A DNA stretch of 63,660 nt, counting the filler, from Hyphochytrium catenoides (lineage: Eukaryota > Protista > Hyphochytriomycota): the NCBI GenBank assembly GCA_900088475.1. It is 9 parts of 9 records of this genome, joined end to end, with 100 filler letters (N's around TTAATTAATTAA, not from the genome) between each part and the next. Parts side by side here need not be neighbours in the genome. Positions count along the whole stretch, not along the records: positions 24,812 to 29,332 come from FLMG01002408.1; positions 29,433 to 30,682 come from FLMG01001541.1; positions 30,783 to 42,385 come from FLMG01002577.1; 6 more parts are not named here. One strand, given 5' to 3'. The notes beneath the pieces are model-generated. The model saw only the letters and a program-made list of their open reading frames with translations. It was not told the origin of the DNA and did not search any database. This document shows positions 25,971 to 38,063 of this stretch, in pieces (position 1 is the stretch's first letter; each line of letters opens with the position of its first letter). Position numbers and translations under genes: made by a program.

Positions 25971-26749
25971 AGAAACTTTAGCTGTCCCTCTCCATTTTCC
26001 TCTCTCTGTCTCTTTCTCTCTCTCTCTTTCTTCTTAGTGCCATTCCCAGCTTCTGTCTGTCTGCTGCTCTCTTGTCTCATCTCTCCTCGTCCGCTGAGGC
26101 GTTAGGGGTCAAGACCTTGAACCATCTGGAAGCAAGAACTCTGGTGCCTGGGAGTGAGCGTGAATGGACTAGATGAAGGGCAGTTGAGAGTTCGAGTGAC
26201 AAGCATAACCTATCTGAAGCCTGTCCAGGCCAGAAAGAAACCAGGGCGTTGCACAGAGAGAGAGAGAGTGAGGTGTGAATGAAAGAGGAGAGAGAAGAGA
26301 AGAAACGGAAAGGCAAAGGGACAGAGAGACCCGAGAGACATGTGTGTATATCTAGAGAACAGAAGGATAGAGAGATATGGGGCACTTGTAGGAGCTCAGG
26401 AATATATGGAGGACAGCCTTTAGAGGAGGCGAAAGCAGGAAGAAAGAGAACCCATCTCTCTCCTCAGCGGCCTCCTCAGGGCTAAGATTGTAGTGCAGGT
26501 AAAGCGAAGCTGTCAAACCAGCTTCGGGAAGGAAGATATCTTTTGCCCTCCCTCCACTCTCCGCCTCTCTTTCTCTCTCTCTCCCTCGTTCTCTCTCTTT
26601 CTTCTCTCTCTCTTTCTCCCATCCTTCCTTTCCCTCTCTCCTCCCCACATTCCCCATTGATATCGGTCTATCGGCTGCTCCCCACGTCCAACCTCTGTCT
26701 TCCATTCGACATCATGTACAAAATGTCAGGTCAAGTCTGCCCAACATCT

Positions 26750-29167
26750 TTATTTCCTCTTCTTTGCTCTCTGTGCGACTGTGGCTGCTCTGTCGACGTC
26801 CTGATGGCTCATCATCAAGTTTCTCAGCACATATTCGACTTCTTGGAGACAGACTGGGCACTTTTTCTCCTTCAGTTTCCACTGCTTTCCACAGGGCAGA
26901 CAGCAGACCTGATGCGCCTCTCCCTCATGAATGAAAAGAGCATCAGGTGTTCTCTCTTGACAGCAGATGCAAGAGAGAGGGAAGATGAAAGAAGACTGAA
27001 GAGGCTGCGGCGGGAGAGAGACAGCATTACTCTTATTCTCCGTCCTCTTCCTCAAACTGGAGCGACCTTCCTCTCTCTCTCTCTCTCCGCCTCCTATCTG
27101 GAAGAACATGTCAATCTTTGGCGTTCGGCGAGCAGAAGAAGCGCTGAAAGAAGAGATTGGCGAGTGAACTTGGAGCCGCAGAGGCTTCCTTTCGGTGGGC
27201 TTTCTCTCAGCTCCGCCTCCAGAGAGAGGACTACGGACATTCTTCGGCGATCTGTATGGAGAACAAGGCTGGTATTCTTCCTCCCACTCTTCTCTTTTCT
27301 CTTGTGGGAGAGAGAAAGAAGGCGCTAAAGAGAGAAAATAGCTGGCGTTGGCGTAGGAAGAAGGAGAGAGCCAAATCTCCCTAAAGTGCAGGAAATCATA
27401 GAGTTTCTTTGACGCGTGAGCGGCCTCATGCTCGAGAGTGAATTTCTCTCCCACTGAGGAGGTAATGTCCTCCCATTCTTCCAGTTTCTCCTAAAAGGAG
27501 GAGGGAAAAGTAAGTTGTCAGCTTTCTTATCTTCAACTTCCCTCTTCCACTCGTAGAGTTTCTTACGTCTAAGTACTGGCTAGTGTCGAGCATCACTTCT
27601 ATGAGTTCAGCTCTCGAACGGGTGCCTGCAGTCCGTGCGGTGCTTTCGGCCAGGCTCAGGATCTCCATACAGAGGTTAAGCTTATAGTGAAGCATTCGAT
27701 GGTACGTCAGCGACCGCTGGAGCGACAGAGAGATTTTGAGCAACGGGGGAGAGAGAGAACGAGAGTGAGAGAGAGAAAGAGAGAGGGGGAGAGAGAGAGA
27801 GAGAGAGAGTTCGAGGGAGACAGACAGAGAAAGAAGGAGAGATGAGAGAAGGGCAGAGAGTCAGAGACAAGGGGTCGAAGATAACACTGATCAAAGAGAA
27901 ACAGGAGAAGAGCGGCGACACACATCAGTCCGAGCACCAACAGCAGCTCCTCTAGAGATTAAAGACCTACGAGTCCAAATCTTCACAGCAGAGAATGCAG
28001 GAGCGAAAAAGTGACAGTACCAGGTCTGGCATGAGAAGGATGCGAACCAGGGAGAAAGAAGGAAAAGAGGAGATGCTCCCCAATCTTTCCTGGGAGTAGA
28101 GAAGGTAAGCAAACAGCTCAGCGGCAACAAACGCCCCTCACCATGGAGCAGAAGCGTCCTAGATGATAGACCTTGGACTCTGTGGCGCCAGCACCTGAAT
28201 CCAGTAGACTAAAAATCAAAGAGAAAGAGGAAGACTAAGTAAAAGGGAGAGAGAGAAAGAGAGAGAGAGAGGAAAGGATGAAAGGAGAGACCAAGTCCGA
28301 CAGGGTAGATTAACGAGAGCTTCTTTGTGGGTCGAACGGAAGCCATGCAAACTGTACAGAGCCTTAGAGCGGAAGGGAGAAGACTTACATTTGCAGCTTT
28401 GTTCTCCAGTCTTCTCCATACATCTGCTCAGGTTCGTACGAGGGGCCACAGAAACGCACCTAAAGAGACGAAGGGAGAGAGACAGAGAATGAGACTGGAG
28501 ATAAAGAGAGAGAGAAATAGTCGTTTACCGTGTGCGTGCAGGTATGATTCTGTCTATTGCACGCTGCGCAGACGCTTTCGCCGCATCCTCCCTGAGACAC
28601 TCTGTGCCCTGGATGCTTCTGTTTCGGGAAAGAGGACCATGAAGAGGTAAGGAAGGGAGGGGCCACCAATAGAATAGAAAGGCAAGGCTAAGCCGGGGCA
28701 GGAGAGATACAGCGAAGACGGAGACATTAAGTAGCACAAACAACGAGAGAGAGACTGGGACAGACTGCATGTTTCCAAAAGCAGGGATCGAGGCAAGGTC
28801 ATGCCGACGAACAACCATTAGGCAGAACGAATGAAAAGAGATAGGGAAACAAAAAAAAAGAGAGAAAGAGAGGTAAAGAGAGAGGGAGAGAGAGAGGAGG
28901 AGGAGACGAGGTGATGGTCCTAGTTCACCTTCAGATCAGAGAGATATTCCACATGCCACGCGCTGCTCCCTACGAGAGATTCCCGCCAGCAAACGAGCTT
29001 GTCTTCGACCTTTCGGTGATTGGCAGAGGTAAAAGTGTAAGGCGACAAACGCAGGAATGGATGCATGGGAATGAAGAGATGTCGCCTCGTCCTTACCAGC
29101 TTGATGGCCGTGCGGACCTCAGGGTGCTTGCCCTTCCTAACATCCATGTAGTAACTATTATCCAGCT
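26750..29167 (-). CDS. DUF4211 (CCDC82-like) domain protein with a C-terminal MDM2-type C2H2C4 RING, 5'-partial, about 7 exons
   Basis: RESLVGSSAWHVEYLSDLK|KHP..CAACNRQNH..|VRFCGPSY..|VYHLGRFCSM|RSLTYHRMLHYKLNL follows the DUF4211 pattern. The last exon carries CICC-x10-HEGEAHQVCCLPC-x10-CPVC. Confidence 0.8.
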
Positions 29168-29332
29168 TTGAGACAGCGGGAGCAGTGCAGGCGAGAGAGA
29201 GAGTAGAAGAGAGAGAGAGACAGAGACAAGGGCAACATGTGAGGGAGAAGACTTGGGAGTATGCGAATCCGAAATTGATCAATCAAGTGACTCTTGCGTC
29301 CATAACGCCTCCCCCCTGCTACCGTCTCTCTC

Positions 29333-29432
29333 NNNNNNNNNNNNNNNNNNNNNNNNNNNNNNNNNNNNNNNNNNNNTTAATTAATTAANNNNNNNNNNNN
29401 NNNNNNNNNNNNNNNNNNNNNNNNNNNNNNNN
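29333..29432. other. Artificial contig spacer
   Basis: N run + TTAATTAATTAA + N run. Confidence 0.97.
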
Positions 29433-30528
29433 TGAATACCGCTCCAAAGTGGCGGCGTTACTGCTGATCTTCCGGCGATTTACCTTTCATCAGTGCGTGC
29501 TATTTTGCAACCACCAAGGAAGGTAAGCATTGATTACGATGACAGGAGAACAGAGACATCTGCGCGGATGGTGCTCCCCTTAGACTAGGTTGCTAATTTG
29601 TCTTTTCTGATTCAACTCGTTACGCACCAGAGCAAGTGCATTAGCCGAGACCCTCTCTTCTTTCGGCTGGCCTGCGACGTTCATATCGGGAGCGTTATCT
29701 CAGGAGGAACGAGTGGCTGCGATGCATGCCATGCGTCAGTTCGATGCGAAGATTCTCGTCTCTACTGATCTAACTGCCAGAGGCGTTGATCTTACGAGGG
29801 TGAACCTTGTGGTACGTTAGTCATGTATCGAACGGCACAAATATCCCACCTTCCCGATGTCGTTGTTTGCTCAATTCTCTCCTCCCCGGCTTTCTACTCT
29901 TTATCTACTTATAAAGGTCAATCTGGATCTTCCTCGGGATCCTGCTACTTATCTACATCGTGTGGGCCGCGCTGGTAGGTTTGGCGGCACTGGGATTGCG
30001 ATGTCAATCGTCTACCGCCATGAAGAGCCCACAATCAAACTACTTGCCCGAGTGCTGGAGCTTGATATCGAGGAGTTTAAGACAGAAGACGCCTCCACAG
30101 TTTGCAATCGAGGGCAAAGGGAGGCGCAAACGGAAGGTCTAGTAGAGATCACGACGAATTTGCCAGCTCAAGACTCCGTCCTTCCTTGTGCCATACCAAG
30201 GTCGACTATGGAAGGGGTGGATGTCGTGCTCGATGAGGCCAGTAATTCATCGTCTGGCAAAGGCATGGTAGCTCCTCATGACGCCGTAAGCTTGAGAGCG
30301 CAGGAGCCCCAAGTTCGAAGGTTTTATCACGCGGGAACAGAAGCAGTCGAGGCAGAGCCTAGTGAAGGCTCGGACGAAGCAAGATTGGAGTTATCAGAGA
30401 AGTCCGGCAGAAAGTATTCTCAAGGGAGACACGATTCGAAGACACTAAATTCTGTTACGGAAGAATATCCATCCGCTTATAACTACGAAGAGGGTGTCTA
30501 TCGATGCTGGATCGGAGAGCTAACGTAG
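29433..30528 (+). CDS. DDX20: DEAD-box RNA helicase C-terminal half, most like DDX20/Gemin3, 5'-partial
   Basis: FHQCVLFCN; [20 protein letters not shown]|[23 protein letters not shown] (motifs IV-VI). The STDLTxRG / VNLVVNLD pattern is typical of DDX20. Confidence 0.8.
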
Positions 30529-30682
30529 GCATGGTTGGCCCTAACCAGTCAGGAAACAGTCATTGGATCAGGCGCTGGTTCTGCAAAGTTGACTACCGTC
30601 ATGCAGGCGGCAACGTCTGGCGCAGATAATAAGCAATTGTCCCAGAGGTTGAGAAGATGGAGCAAGAAGTTCTTTTGGAGAC

Positions 30683-30782
30683 NNNNNNNNNNNNNNNNNN
30701 NNNNNNNNNNNNNNNNNNNNNNNNNNTTAATTAATTAANNNNNNNNNNNNNNNNNNNNNNNNNNNNNNNNNNNNNNNNNNNN
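30683..30782. other. Artificial contig spacer
   Basis: N run + TTAATTAATTAA + N run. Confidence 0.97.
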
Positions 30783-31104
30783 AGAGAGAGAGAGAGGAGA
30801 AGAGACAAAGCAGAGAGAAGGAAAGGGGAGAGAAGCAGAGAGAAGGAAAGGGGAGAGAAGCAGAATGAAGGAAAGGCGAGAGAAGTCGTAGGAGTTTTTT
30901 GACCGAGAAGAGACAGAGAGAGACACACAGAGAGAGAGAAGGGAGAAAACGAAGAAGAAAAGGAAAGAGGAGAGACATCTTCTTGACTTAGCGCTTACTC
31001 TAAGTAAGTAGAGAGGAGCTGCAGTGGGAGACAGTTTAGGGAAGGAAGAGAAAGAGAGAGAGAGAGAGCTGTTCCACAGGCTTCTGACTGCTTCTCTCCC
31101 TCAG

Positions 31105-31804
31105 GATTCTCGTCGTGGGTTCCCAGAGAGCAAGGTTGGCGTCCTCAAGTGGTCTCTCAAGTCTGCAGACGAGTCCCTTGTCCCTTTCACCATCAACTGC
31201 TGGCCTGAGGAAGAAGGGCCAGGACAGGTTAGTCCGGCTGTCTGTCTCTCAATCTCTCTCTCTCTCTCTCTCTCTTTTTACTGCTAGTTCTTTCTTTTCC
31301 TCTTTTCTTTCTGCAACTCTTTAGTAAGACAAATTGTGTCAGGTCTTCTTCTCTCTCTTTCTCTCTCCCTCTCCAATTCCTCTCTCTCTCTTTCTTCGTG
31401 TGACTGCGTAGTGTTACTTTTTAGGTACTCTTCTTCCCTTGGCCAAGGCTTCGACTGTTGCTCTCTGTTTTCTTTTTTACTGCGCTCTTTAGCTGGTGGA
31501 AGTTTTTCTCTCTCTCTCTCCTTCTCCTTCTCCTTCTCTCTCTCTCTTTCCCCGCATAGTTGTCTCCTCTGCCTATCCTTTCCATTGTTTCCGCATTTCT
31601 CGTGGCCTCGCATCGCAGTGATCCTTTTTGATCATTCTAACAGCAACATTTCTCTCTCTGTCTGCATGCCTTCCACTCCCTCTCTCTCTCTCTCTTCTTT
31701 TGTCTTCTATTTCTCCACTTCCCTCTCTCTCCTTTCATCATCTCCTTTTAATTCACTCTTCTCCATTCGCATCTACATGTCATTCGTTATCTCTCTCTGC
31801 ACCC

Positions 31805-31840
<36 letters not shown>

Positions 31841-32036
31841 CCCCCTAGTTCAACGTAAACATTGAGTACTCTCTCGAGCGGCCTGAGCTGGTCTTGCGGA
31901 ATGTTGACATCATGATCCCTCTCCGGACCACGAACGCTCCTGAGATCGTGAGTGTGGACGGCGTTCATCTTCATAATCAGAGAGAAGGCATCCTCATGTG
32001 GCACCTCGACCAGATTGATGACAGGTGAGAAGTGCA

Positions 32037-32067
<31 letters not shown>

Positions 32068-32936
32068 CGGAGGGAAGAAGAAGGGGGGAAATATGGGGGA
32101 CAATGAGAGAACACAGGCAGACGATCTTTCTTTATTTTCTTCTCTCTCTTCTCTCTNNNNNNNNNNNNNNNNNNNNNNNNNNNNNNNNNNNNNNNNNNNN
32201 NNNNNNNNNNNNNNNNNNNNNNNNNNNNNNNNNNNNNNNNNNNNNNNNNNNNNNNNNNNNNNNNNNNNNNNNNNNNNNNNNNNNNNNNNNNNNNNNNNNN
32301 NNNNNNNNNNNNNNNNNNNNNNNNNNNNNNNNNNNNNNNNNNNNNNNNNNNNNNNNNNNNNNNNNNNNNNNNNNNNNNNNNNNNNNNNNNNNNNNNNNNN
32401 NNNNNNNNNNNNNNNNNNNNNNNNNNNNNNNNNNNNNNNNNNNNNNNNNNNNNNNNNNNNNNNNNNNNNNNNNNNNNNNNNNNNNNNNNNNNNNNNNNNN
32501 NNNNNNNTGGGGGAGATACGGGGGACAAAGAGAGAACACAGGCAGACGATCTTTCTTTATTTTCTTCTCTCTCTCTTCTCTCTCACTTTCACCTTTCTTG
32601 TCTTTGTCTGGAGGGAAAGACGCACTAAGGATCAACTTTCTCTCTCCCTTCTCTTTTCTCTCTCACGACCGTTCTCTTCTCTCTCTCTCTCTTTCACTCT
32701 CTCGTTTCTGTCCATTTCTACTCGTGTATCTCTACTTTAGCAACTCTACGGGATCCATAGAGTTCAACATCAAGACCGCCAGCGGAGACTCTTTCTTCCC
32801 TGTCACGATCTCTTTTCTCTCTCAGACGCCTTTCTGCAGCATGGACATCGCGGCTGTGAAGAATGTCGAGTCTGGCGCAGATATTCCGTTTGGCTTCACA
32901 AAGCAGCTCTCTTCTGAGGTCTACACTGTCAACTAG
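31105..32936 (+). CDS. ARCN1: Coatomer subunit delta, C-terminal mu-homology domain, 5'-partial, 3 exons
   Basis: VGVLKWSLKSADESLVPFTINCWPEE; FNVNIEYSL..LRNVDIMIP..LMWHLDQIDD; SNSTGSIEF..SFFPVTISF..YTVN*. Confidence 0.93.
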
Positions 32937-33635
32937 TGGGCGGAAGAGAAAGAGAAGAGAGAAGAGAGAAGCAAGAGAGAGAAAAGCAAGAGAGAAAAGC
33001 GCAAAAGAGAGAGAGAGAGAGAAACAAAAAGAAGGAGGGAGAAGAAGGGAGTTGTATGGAAGGGCAGAAGTCAGGGGAGAGGACTCAGCAGGAGGGGAAG
33101 AGAGATTCAGAAAGAGAGAAGGAGAGCGAGAGAGAAGTGTTCTCCAGTCAGTCCCATTGTTGGAGGCTTCAAAGAGTCTAGACGAGTAAGATATAATGAA
33201 TGGCGAGTCGTACTTCTCTTCTTTGCTCGCCCTTTTGAGAGCAGATAGATTCCATCCATCTCTCTCTCCCTTTCTCTCTCTCTCTTTCTTTCTCTCTCAG
33301 CATTGTTCTCTTCTCTCCTCTCCCTTGTTCTTTCTCTCTCTTTACTTCACTCTCTAACATCAAAGCTTCCTTGCTTGGCATCTCCCTGTTCCTATCGGTC
33401 TCTCTCTCTCTCTCTCTTGTGTCTCAACTCTCTCCCTCTCTCTCTCATTCTCTCCTCTCTCTTTTGTCTCTCTCTCTTTTTCTCTGGGTCCTCAAACATC
33501 AAGGATAGCGGTTAACGGACTGATTCTTTGTCCTTGCCGTTACCTCTTTATATAAATAAGATGGAAAAAGTGACCTTTGGGAGGGAGAGAGGGGGGAATA
33601 GAGAGAGAGAGAAAGGGAGAGAGAGACAGAGAGAC

Positions 33636-33688
<53 letters not shown>

Positions 33689-33839
33689 CAGGAATCTCCT
33701 TGCTTGTCGAGAAGATTGAGGGACACCAGAAAGAGAGAGAATGGTTTAGGTCTCTGGGGTAGGTTGTCATGATGGGAAAGGATGGAGGAGAAGAGAAAGC
33801 GAGGTGTAGAACTTGAGAGACGAACTTCACTACTGAGAG

Positions 33840-33871
<32 letters not shown>

Positions 33872-34081
33872 AAGAGAAAGTATTCATCTACAAGCTCAGT
33901 ATCTCTTCTTATTGGTCTCTGTGGCCCTGCACTCCTTCCTTCGACGAGAGAAAAGAGAGTAGAAAGCAGCTCTAAAGTCCTTCAACTCTTGATTGAGCTC
34001 GCTTGTATCGCTTCCTGACAGAAGAGAGAGAAAGAAGAGAGAACGGACCGCCCGATTGGAACCTTCGCAAGAGAGACCATC

Positions 34082-35025
34082 ATGGACAGCAGCCTCTCTA
34101 ACGTAAGACACTCCTCATTCAAACTCTGAGCTGCTGATTCGCCCTTTCCTTTCTTCTTCGTTGTGCTCTTCTCTTCCCCTTCAGATCACTACCTGCTCTC
34201 TCTCTCTCCCGCTCTCTCGCCTCTCTTTCTTTCTCTTTGCGACTCTCTCTCCCTCTCTCTCCCGCTTTGTCCCGCTCGTTCCTCTCCCATCTCTTCCTCG
34301 TCGTATTGCGTGCTCTGTTCTCTTTGCTGCGCGATTGTGCTTAGGGGAGCCCTACTGCTCTCTTCTCTTTCTCTCTCTCTCTCTCGCGCTCGATCTTCTC
34401 TCGCTCTTCCTCTTTCTCTCTCTAACTCTCTCTCTCTTAACGTTCTCTCTCTCTCTTCGTCTCTCTCTTCCTCTCAGCCCGAGTTCGCCACTGACGAGAT
34501 CGAGCCTATTCTTAAGAAGGTAGAGAACGTGAAAGTGTCAGGACCCCTAGAGAGGAGAAAAGAGAAAAGAGGAGAGAGATTGCTAAGAAGAGAGTAAGAG
34601 AGAGCAAAGCGATAAAGAAGAGAGTGCCTGAGAGAGAGTCACACATACAACAGGAGAGGGGGCGGAAAGCGAGAATGAGAGACAGCATAAGAGAGAGAGA
34701 GAGAGAGAGAGAGTGTTGTGTGTGTATATGAGACGGAGAGAGAGAGAAAAAGAGAGAGAGACAGAGAGAGAACGGAATAGATAGAGAGAAAAAGAGTAAG
34801 AGAGGGAGAAGAGGGAGGGAGAGAGAGGGAGAGAAAAGAGAAAGAGAAGTGAGAGAGAGAGAGAGAAAGAGAGAGGAGCTGAGGGCTTTATCTCTCTAGG
34901 CCATCGATGCTAGCATAAAGGATGCGGTGTGGAATGTCAAGAAGGTTAATGACTGGACTAACCAGCTCGTCGGAAACGTTCTTGCGGAGCTGCAGACGCT
35001 CAACAAGCCATTCAAATATATAGGT

Positions 35026-35060
<35 letters not shown>

Positions 35061-36042
35061 TCAGTCATCTCGGCCTGTGTCTCTCCCTTGGTCGGCACAC
35101 ATATATTTATTAGCTTTCTTCTGATTCTCATTATCAAACTCGTCCGGCTTGGCCTCCGCCTCCAGAAACTTCTTTTTCTCACTTACTGAGCTTTCCCTCG
35201 TCAGTCTTATTCTCTCTCTCTCTTTCGCTCTTTCTCTCTCTCTTTCTCTCTCTCCTCTCCACTTATTCGTCTCTTCTTCTGAAGCATGGTCGTCCCTGGA
35301 AGTTCTTCCTCTACTTTTCTTCTTTTGTTCCTCAGTGCTTGACTGCTCTAGCTTTTCAGGTCTCCCTCTTTCCTGCTCCTAATTTCTTGTCATATCTTTC
35401 TCTCTCTCTCTCATTTCCCTCTCTCACCAGAACCTCCTCTTCTTCGCCTCTCTCTCTCTCTCTCTCTCGTCCCACTTTCTCTCTATTTTTTGGTAGTGAC
35501 GTGCACCATGATCCAGAAGGTAGGGGCGGGCATGTGCGTGGCAACGACGATGAACTGGGATAACACGACTGACGGTGCGGGTCATCTCTCTCTCTCTCTT
35601 CTCTTCACATCTCTGATTCTCTCTTAATAATACTGTCTCTCCCTCTCTCTCTTATATTGCTCTCTCTTCCATATCTATCTATCAACCCTATCCTGCCATC
35701 GCCCTCTCTGTTTCCTTCTCCCTCTCATCTGTGTATGTATGTCTGTCTCTCTCTCTCTCTCTCGCCATCTCTCTCTCCTCTCTTGTGCTCTCTCTCTGCC
35801 ACTCTTCTCTCTTTTCCTCCTGGTCTTTTGCTCTCCCTACGTATCTCCAGTCTCTCTCTTCTCTCTAGGTGCAGCCTCTCTCTTTCTTTCTCTCTCCCCT
35901 TTTATCATCCCTCTTCTCTCTTTTGACGCTCCTTCTCTCTTTAGGTTATTGCAAAATTAACTGGCAGAACGACACAATTCAGTGCGTTCTAACTGTGTAT
36001 GGCACAGCCATCTTTGCAAGCAACAGAGCCCAAGAATATTAG
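34082..36042 (+). CDS. DYNLT1: Dynein light chain Tctex-1 family, 5 exons
   Basis: MDSSLSN|PEFATDEIEPILKK|AIDASIKDAVWNVKKVNDWTNQLVGNVLAELQTLNKPFKYI|VTCTMIQKVGAGMCVATTMNWDNTTD|GYCKINWQNDTIQCVLTVYGTAI.. contains the KPFKYIVTC and WDxxTDG Tctex motifs. Confidence 0.93.
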
Positions 36043-36062
36043 AGAAAAGTAGAGAGGAGAGA

Positions 36063-36125
<63 letters not shown>

Positions 36126-36746
36126 AAGGGGGAAAGAGTGCGGGGAGAGAAAAGGAGACATAGAGTAACAGAAAGAGAGAACAGAAAGGGAGAGAAGAGG
36201 TTGAAGGAAAGGAAAGAGAGAGAGAGAAAGAGAGGAGAGGAGAGGAGAGAGAAGAGAAGAGATAGATGGGCAGAAAGGCTCCTAAAGGCATAACCTAAGG
36301 ACTAGTCTTCTTTGTCCTGTCACTCCGTCCTCTTCGGCTGTCTTTCTCTCTCTCTACTCTCCCCTATCGTGCTTTCTCGCTCTACAGCTCCTTCTCTTTC
36401 TACAGGTCCTTTTTCTCTCTCTCCTCTCGCTCTCTCTCTCTCTCTCTNNNNNNNNNNNNNNNNNNNNNNNNNNNNNNNNNNNNNNNCTTTCTCTCTCTCT
36501 CTCTCTCTCTGCCCCTTTCTCTCCATTTTCTCTCCCCTTTCTCTCCATTTTCTCTCCCCTTCCTCTCACTATCTCCTTTTCTCTCTTTCTCTCTCTTTCC
36601 CCTTGGGAGCTCCTTTACTCACCTCTCTGCGGAAGAAAAGAGAGGGTCGGTCCCTGACTGAGTGAGAGCGTCAGATTCTGAGCGGGAGAAAGGTGATAAG
36701 GAACGGAAAGGACACTTATAGCGCCAGGGGAGAGTGAGCAGAGTTT

Positions 36747-36782
<36 letters not shown>

Positions 36783-37977
36783 CTGTCTCTCTCTCTCTTT
36801 CTTCTCTCTCTTTCTCTCGTTTCTCTCTTGCCTTTCCTCTTTCTCTCTCTCTCTCTCTGTCTATTCTCTTTTCTCCGTCTTCCCTCTCTTGTTCTCCCTC
36901 TCTCTCTCACACACACATACTCACTTTTTCTCTCCCTTTCTCTTTCTCTCTACCTTCTCTTCTCGCTTTCGTCTCTGTCTCTCTTCTCTCTTTTCCCCAC
37001 TTCTCTCTCTTGTTCTCTCTCTCATCATCTCTCTCTTCCTCTTCTCCCTCCCTCTCTCTCTCTCTGTCTCTTCCCTATCGTCCACCAATTGCACGCCTTC
37101 CTCCAGCAGAGGAGAGGGAAGAAGGTTCCGTCCGTTGGCCCTGTATTCCTCTCTCCAGTTTGAAACGTCTTCCATCGTGAGGTTCCCCTTATAAGACTGC
37201 TGAAGAAGGAGCATGTGCAGCTATTGGATGACAGAGAACACGTAGAGAGAGAGAGAGAGAGAAAAAAGAGAGAGGAAGAGAGAGAAAGAGGGAGAGAGTG
37301 AGAAAGGAGCGAGAGACGTAAAAAGAGACTGGGGTCCTTACAAGAGAAACGCGCATATATAGAAAAAGCCACCCCTCTTTCCTCATTAAGCTCTTTTTGC
37401 CATGTAACACAGGTCTCACAGGGAAGAGAGAGATTCGAAACAGGAGAGACCTAGAGAAAGAGAGAAAAGAGCTTTGCCTCTCTCATCTTTTCCTGCACAA
37501 GAGTGACGCTTCTCCCTGATCCATCGCCACTGACCCTTCATGGTCCAGGGGCAGTGGGCCGACAGGTCAGCTTCCTCCTTTTGGCGCTCTTCTAATTTAA
37601 AAAGGCTTGGAGGAGGGAGAGAGACGGCGAGGAGAGAGAGAGAGAGAATTTGCACTCTCTCTCTCTCTCTGCCCTCTCTCTGTGCTCTGTTTCTCTCTAT
37701 ATCCTCGTGCTCAGGAATCGAATAGAGAAATGACGCTGCTTCCTTGCTGGCCAATTGCCACTGACTAGTGAGACAAGAGAGAGAGAAAAAGAGAGAGAGA
37801 GAATGTGAGAGAGACAGAGCAGGGCCCCATACTTGGTATATTATTGGAAGCGGAACGGAGAAGCCGATCTTCTTTCACCCCTTCTTTGGAAAGAGATTCA
37901 TCACCTCTACAAGGAACAAGAGAAGTCCTCTCTCTCTCTCCCTCTCTATCTATATATCTATCTCTATCTATCTATCC

Positions 37978-38011
<34 letters not shown>

Positions 38012-38014
38012 ATA

Positions 38015-38063
<49 letters not shown>

